Positions 57,521-64,000 of a stretch of DNA of 64,000 nt are shown piece by piece. The stretch comes from Camelus ferus. Taxonomy: Eukaryota. The stretch lies in assembly GCF_009834535.1 (NCBI RefSeq), contig NC_045716.1:21266001-21330000 (forward strand). Direction: 5' to 3'. The notes under the pieces are model-generated. The model searched no databases. It was given only the letters and a program-made list of their open reading frames with translations, and had not been told where the DNA came from. The position numbers and the translations under genes were made by a program. How positions within the stretch are numbered: position 1 is the stretch's first letter; every line of letters starts with the position of its first letter.

Positions 57521-59099
57521 ATCTGCTCTGGATAAGGTGTCCTTGGCCTCCAAGACACACAGTCTGCAGGCTGGTAGGTCAGGCAGGGAAGGGCCAGGCA
57601 CAGAGAGTCTGGACTGTATCATGATGGGATGGGACAAGCTAGAAAAAGGTTTTATGCAGGGGTGAGACATGATCACATTTGTACTTTAGAAGCTCCCTCA
57701 GGCTGCTGTGTAAGGGTGGACTCAGAAGGCACAGCTGAGATGACAGGAGAGTCGAGCAAGGCAGACCCAGTGGGGACAGAGCGAGGTGGATGGTCTGGAA
57801 ACACATGAAGAGAGAATCAGCAAGATGGGGCTGAAGCCGCACACCACAGTCAGATGAGTCATACCCACATTTCAGAAACTAATCACTGCCAGTAGCACAG
57901 AGCATCTGCACATTCAAATAGGGTGAGATATTTCTGAAGCACTTATTTAATCGGAATATTTTATACATCAAGCCACTCTTTTTCCTGTGAAGAACTGTTT
58001 CCTATGAGCACCAACAGTCTCTGCCACCAGTTTAAAACTCTACCAGTTGACGTACAAATGCAGTCAGCTCTCCTTCCTTGGTCGTTGTCAGAGGCAGGCT
58101 TTAAGTCTGTTTACACAAATCACACTCTACAGCACATCTCGGGCTGGAAGACTGGACCAGGACAGGCATTGGACCAGTCTGGCATCTAAGAACTTAAGAG
58201 CTGTCAATCTCCTCTCTCTCCCTAAGGCCCGCACCACCTTGCCCCAGGACTGACATGTGGCACAGCTGCAGATGCCATGGGTACCTGTGGCAGACTGAGC
58301 TTTCCTCCAAACAGTGCTAACTTCAACTGAAGCTCCACCAACACCACCTCTAACCGACTGCCTCTCTTGGCAGGTCCTGATTTCTAACAAAGCCGCATCT
58401 TCTTGTTTTAGCTATACAGAAAAACAGCTGTTTCTCAGAAGGTCCAGGAGGCAGTGAGGACAGAAAAGAACCCTTCATTTTCAGATGACAAGGGAGAGGT
58501 CGCAAATGGTAAGCTCCAATGGGGCCATATTTCTACATTCTGAAGCCTGAGAAAGGACAGATTCAGGCGTCTCTGCCTCACCAACCCAGTAAAGGAAGAC
58601 ACCCCAACTGAAGACAGGGCCACGGGTCCATGAGATCCGACAGCCCAGGGAGGCCAGTAATCTTCCGGTCACTCTGGAGTGCACCATATAATTTGCTCCC
58701 CCTCGTCAAGTTAACATGTACACAAAAATAGGCTGAGTTGTAGGGAAAATCAGTCTGAGGTTTAAATATCCCTTTGGATAACTGACATGTGAATAAACTA
58801 GCTTTCACTATGTAGAGATTCCTATCCCCAGTATAAGTACTTGGTCTTTGGGATTGAGGACTTTCAATTTAATGACCTGGGAGAGGGTCAAGTATTTGCA
58901 TACATCTTAAAAGCCTGTATTCATACATGACATTTATTGAGCCCTTTCTATGTGGAAAACAGCCGTTAAGTTCCTATTTAACCAAGTGAGGGGAAGGATG
59001 TTCTAGCAAGGTGGAGGAGCAAGTGGAAAGAGCAGGTGGCAAGGGTCGGGGGACAGTGGCAGCACTCAGTGCAGAAGAGCTTATGTGCACGTGTGTGTT

Positions 59100-59760
59100 T
59101 GCACCTGCATGCAAGTGTGCATATGCTGTATACCCATGGCCCTGACCACAGCTGGAGAGACAGGAGGGCAGAAGGAGTGACTGGCCTTGTACACTAAGCT
59201 AAGGAGCTGACATTTGATTCTGGAAGCAACCCTGAACCAATTAAACATTTGAAGCAGAAGAACATGCTCAAATCTGAGCCATAGACTGGAGGGAGGGGGC
59301 GAGACTGAGGCTGGAGGGCCAGTCTGGAGGCTGGTGCAAAAATCTAGTGAGGGATGGTGAGGGCTTGAACTAAAGCATTTGCACAAGGAGAGGCAGCAAG
59401 GTATCGAATGGGATGTGATCATGCACATGTGTAAGTGAAGAAGGAAAGGGCCATGGTCACACGTTTAAGGGACAAGCGGAGGAAGAGGAGCCCAAGAAGG
59501 AGGCGCTAGTGAGGTAAAGGGGCAGAGAATGGTGTTGGAAGTGAAGGGAGAAATTTCAAGGACCAAGAAGTGGTTAACAGTGTCAAATGTTACAAGGAGA
59601 GCAAGTAGGTTAAAGATGGGAAAACATCCAAAGTATTTAGCAACAAAGCATTATTAATGACCTTGAAAGGAAGGTTTTAGGGGAATGGTGGCAAAATGCC
59701 CTAAGCTGAAGAAATAATTGGAGATGGAGAACTAGAACCTGGGAATGTAAAATCCTGAAG
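59100..59760 (-). mobile_element. L2 fragment
   Basis: 'ggaagcaaccctgaacc...tttgaagcagaagaacatgctcaaatctg...gaggctggtgcaaaaatctagtgagggatggtgagggcttgaactaa' and 'gtcaaatgttacaaggagagcaagtagg'. Confidence 0.6.
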
Positions 59761-61559
59761 CCACAGCCTTGGATGTAAAGGGAAAGAAGCTGATGAGGAG
59801 TAGCTAGAAAGATGCAAGGTTGGGCATCTCTCAGCCAAACCTAGGGATGTAGAAACTCCTGTCTGGTGGTCTCAATTCTCTCTATAAACCAAGTGTTGGG
59901 GTCCTTTTCACCAAGAGAGTACAGGCAGCAGGGAAAGGGCCTGAGGGACACAATGACGATTTAAAATAGCTACTGTGGAGAAGGGGAAGAGAACTGGCTG
60001 TGGGCATGAGGATCATGGGCTCACTGAGTGCCCAGCTGAGGTCGAAGAACATGACTTTGTGGAGGCACGATTTTCCACCATGGGTGAGACTCCACAGTGC
60101 TGCTCAGAGGCTCAATGTAGGGACAGAGGAGTGCAGACAGGATACAGAAGTTGGGTTTGCCAGTTGGTGGGCTGGAAGAACGAGGGAACAAAAGAGCTGA
60201 GATATAGAAGTGTGGCTGCCTTGTATTTCCAACTGAACCTACCCAAAAATATGTTGTGATGTCCAACCCCAGAGCTCTCCCCCAATGCTCAGTGGTGAGT
60301 GTTTCTTCCCTATCTCAGCAGATGGTAAAACCCTCCACTCAACCACCCTCATGATGAGTCAGCATCCTCTTGGAGTTCCCCTTTCTCTCATCTTCCCCTC
60401 CAATCCATTCTATCTCTAATCAGCTCATATCTACCCATGTCTCTCACCTACATCATGTTTCTTGCCTTGACCACTTCAGCCCCTACCACAATGCAGTAAG
60501 CATTCCAGGCACAGGACTTTGACCTAACAAGCTGTTCAAAGGCATACAAAAAAATTTAGACTTCAAAATAATGGAATGCCTTCAAAAATAAAAGCTCAAA
60601 ATTGAACTAGTAGTTTTTAAATTAATATAAAATGTAACATGTCAACTAGTCAACTGCAATTTTAATTAGATAAAAGTATTTAACATGGAATGTGATGCTT
60701 TCCCCCATAACCTAATTTTAAAACTTACCATTATCACATGATCATTTTCTCATGAATTATTTATTATTCAAAATAGAATTTTAAATATCTCCATAGTATT
60801 TTATCGGATAGAGTTATACTTATGTAACTTCTTCAAATGTTGGACATTTCTCACGGTTTCCAACTATTTCCCACTGAACATGATGCTACAATGAATATCT
60901 TTTGTACATAAGCTTTTCTGAAATTTCTATTTTGAAATAACTATATGTATATTTTTTGATTTTTAAAAACACGAAATAAAATTATTTAAGTACAGTCAGT
61001 TACAATGTGTCAATTTCTGGTATACAGCACAATATGAAATAATTATAGATTTTTATGAAGCTGCAAAGAAATGTACCCTCCCCGGTGTTAACATTGTTAA
61101 CATCTTACACAACTATATTACAGTATCAAAACCAAGAAGCTGACACTGGTACAACCCACGGAACTCATTCAGATTTCAACAGTTATATACATCATTTGTT
61201 TGCGTGTGTACATCTTTGTCACATGTGTAACCTTGCATAACCGCCACCTCAGTCAATACACTGAGTGCTTTTTAAATAAATGTATTATCATGATGTGGGC
61301 TGGGGTCTCAAAAAAATCAGTCTAGAGCCTAGAAAGACCTTAAGACAGTCCTGCCAACAATCTATTATCTGCACAGCAGTCAGAGTACCTTTTAAAGATC
61401 AGTCACTGTATTCAGAGCATTATGAATAAGTAAATTTTTAAGCCGGCAGACAGCCATCTCCCAAATATGAAAAATTTTTAAAAAGGATCAGTCATGACTT
61501 AAAAAACATCAATGGCTTTCCATTTCTCTTAGAATAATAAACTCCCTTGCATCTAATAA

Positions 61560-64000
61560 AAATAATAACCCCTACATATATAATGCAACAAAGACAGACT
61601 ATGGGGGAAAACAGATATAAACAATTGTGATTGAAGATTTTGAAAAAGAAATAGATGGTTCAATCAAAAAGGTTTTTTAAATGAGCATATTAAATATTTT
61701 AATAATAAAATTTAAAAGCTCAAGCTAATAAATAAGTATAGAATTTTACACTCAAGAAATAGAAACTGCACACTCTTTTCAAGTACACGTGGAACATTCA
61801 CAAAAATTGCCCCAAAATTGCCCACAGACTTGCCATATAGGGTCAAAGTACCAAAAATTCCGAAAAAAATCAGCATTACACAGACTGTGTTACCTCACCA
61901 TAATGTGATAAAATTAGAAATCACAACAAAAGGATAACTTAAAAAAATTACATGTCTGGAAACCAAATAACATACTACTATAATCACTAGGTTAAAAGAA
62001 GAAATGATAAGGAAAATGACAAAGTACATAAAATTAAACGATGATGTCCATATGTTAAAATATGAAATTTGGACCTCTTTCTCATGTCATACAAAAATTA
62101 ACTCAAAATGGTCCAAAGACCTAAATGTAAGAACTAAAACAATAAAAATCATGAGAATATATAGGTGTAAATCTTTGTGACCTTTAATTACACAATGGTT
62201 TTTTAGATATGACACTAAAAGCATGAGCAACCAAAGAAAAATTCTTTGCAATTTTTAACCTAAATAAATAAAATTAATAAGTAAGTAATCTAAACTGGAC
62301 TTCTCAAAATTAGAACTCTTACAAGTTAATAATAAAAAGACAGATAACCCAGTTAAAAAATGAGCAAAGCATCTGAATAGACATTTCTCCAAATAAGATA
62401 CACAAATGTTCAAGAAGCACATTAAATATGCTCAGCATCTTTGACTTTTTGTCAAGTAAAAAAAATAAATATTATTCCAGTGCAAAAAAAAAAAATGCTC
62501 AGCATCATTAATCATTAAGAAAAGGCAAATCCAAGCCACTATGAGATACCACTTTACACCTAGCAGGATGGCCACTGGCTATANNNNNNNNNNNNNNNNN
62601 NNNNNNNNNNNNNNNNNNNNNNNNNNNNNNNNNNNNNNNNNNNNNNNNNNNNNNNNNNNNNNNNNNNNNNNNNNNNNNNNNNNNNNNNNNNNNNNNNNNN
62701 NNNNNNNNNNNNNNNNNNNNNNNNNNNNNNNNNNNNNNNNNNNNNNNNNNNNNNNNNCCAAAAGAACTGAAAACACTTGTTCACAGATGTGTGCATAACA
62801 GCATTATTCATAAGAGACAAAAAAATGTAAAAATAACTCCAAATGTCTGTCAACTGATGAATGGATAAGTAAAATGTGATATATCCATACAATGGAATTA
62901 TTATTCAGGTATAAATAGGAGTGAAGTACTAATACGTGCTGTAACATGGGGAAACGCTGAAATCATTAAGCTAAATGTAAGAAGCCAGACACATAAGACC
63001 ACATCTTGTAAGGTATCATTTATATGAAATGTCCAGAATAGGCAAATCCATAGAGAGATAAAGTAGATAAATGGCTACCAGGAGCNNNNNNNNNNNNNNN
63101 NNNNNNNNNNNNNNNNNNNNNNNNNNNNNNNNNNNNNNNNNNNNNNNNNNNNNNNNNNNNNNNNNNNNNNNNNNNNNNNNNNNNNNNNNNNNNNNNNNNN
63201 NNNNNNNNNNNNNNNNNNNNNNNNNNNNNNNNNNNNNNNNNNNNNNNNNNNAAACATAAATGACTATGAAAATATTCGATATAAGAATTTGTAGAAACTA
63301 GCAAAAGCAATAATTAAATGAAAATTTAGTTTTAAACACATTTTTCAGAAAACAAAAAAGACTGAAAAAGAAGAGTTAAATGATCAACTCAAGAATTTGG
63401 GAAGAGACTAACAAAACAAATCTTAAGAAATAAAAAACAAACAAACAAAAAAAGACAAGGATAGATTCTGAAGATAAAGAGACTAACAATAACCTCAAAA
63501 CACAGAAATTAAAAAAAAAAAGAAAACTGATTCTTTAAGATTAATAAAATAGAACTCTGGCTACATAAAGTCTAAAAAAGAGAAGCAGCATATAATGGAA
63601 AAAGGGGAAATGAAAATTAAATTAAAATAATATTTAAAATAGTTTGAACAGTTACAAATTAATAAAATATAACACACAAAAGAGACAGATTTCAGAGGGG
63701 GGGGGGGGGAACCGGTAAAGTGGCAAATTTGTCACAAGAAGAAATAACATCTAAACAGACTTGTAGCCATTAAAGAAACAATTACACCAAAAACCTGCAA
63801 CAGACCTTATGGAGACACTTTGAGGACAAGACAAAGATGCCTACTGCATCACTGCTGTTTAACATAATACTGGCAGCCCTGGACAACCTCAAAAAGTTCT
63901 GAGTGTAAATAAGCTCTTCCAAACTACTGTGGATAATTTCGATCTCATATAAGCTGCTCCAGAAGAGGGAGTACTCTCCAGCTCCTTATATATGTCTAAT
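61560..64000 (+). mobile_element. Degenerate, fragmented L1 ORF2/3' region with two N gaps
   Basis: A-rich L1 ORF2 motifs ('ttttcaagtacacgtggaacattcacaaaaattg', 'aaaatggtccaaagacctaaatgtaaga', 'gaatagacatttctccaa', 'gagataccactttacacc'). Gaps at 62584-62757 and 63086-63250. Confidence 0.75.

Noticed and set aside
1-64000. CRISPR arrays, prokaryotic operons, rRNA or snoRNA genes
   Set aside because: None seen. The DNA is intron-rich mammalian sequence, and no convincing C/D or H/ACA structure could be supported by eye; an Infernal/Rfam scan would be needed to exclude small RNAs.

Overview
Mammalian (probably camelid) genomic DNA from the conserved GLMP-TMEM79-SMG5-PAQR6-BGLAP-PMF1 block, syntenic with human 1q22 but in reverse orientation. 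I reconstructed exons by hand from splice signals and remembered orthologue sequences. GLMP (+) has 6 exons and an apparent +1 frameshift in exon 3. TMEM79 (-) has 3 coding exons (395 aa). SMG5 (+) has 22 exons (1016 aa), with exon 8 almost entirely inside an N gap. PAQR6 (+) has 7 coding exons (344 aa). BGLAP/osteocalcin (-) has 4 exons (100 aa). PMF1 (-) exons 2-5 are present; exon 1 is not in the window. The rest is intron and intergenic DNA with L1, L2, L3, MIR, hAT/Tigger, LTR and tRNA-Ala-derived SINE copies, plus five N gaps. The camelid assignment rests on the osteocalcin sequence and the SINE family, both from memory. I do not see a convincingly new biological system. The best leads are the GLMP frameshift with two in-frame rescue routes, a 74-bp near-perfect inverted duplication in PMF1 intron 1, and several possible NMD-feedback elements in SMG5 (an Arg-rich uORF, a stop-free in-frame intron, orphan splice sites). 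Repeat family names and boundaries were assigned by eye and are approximate.
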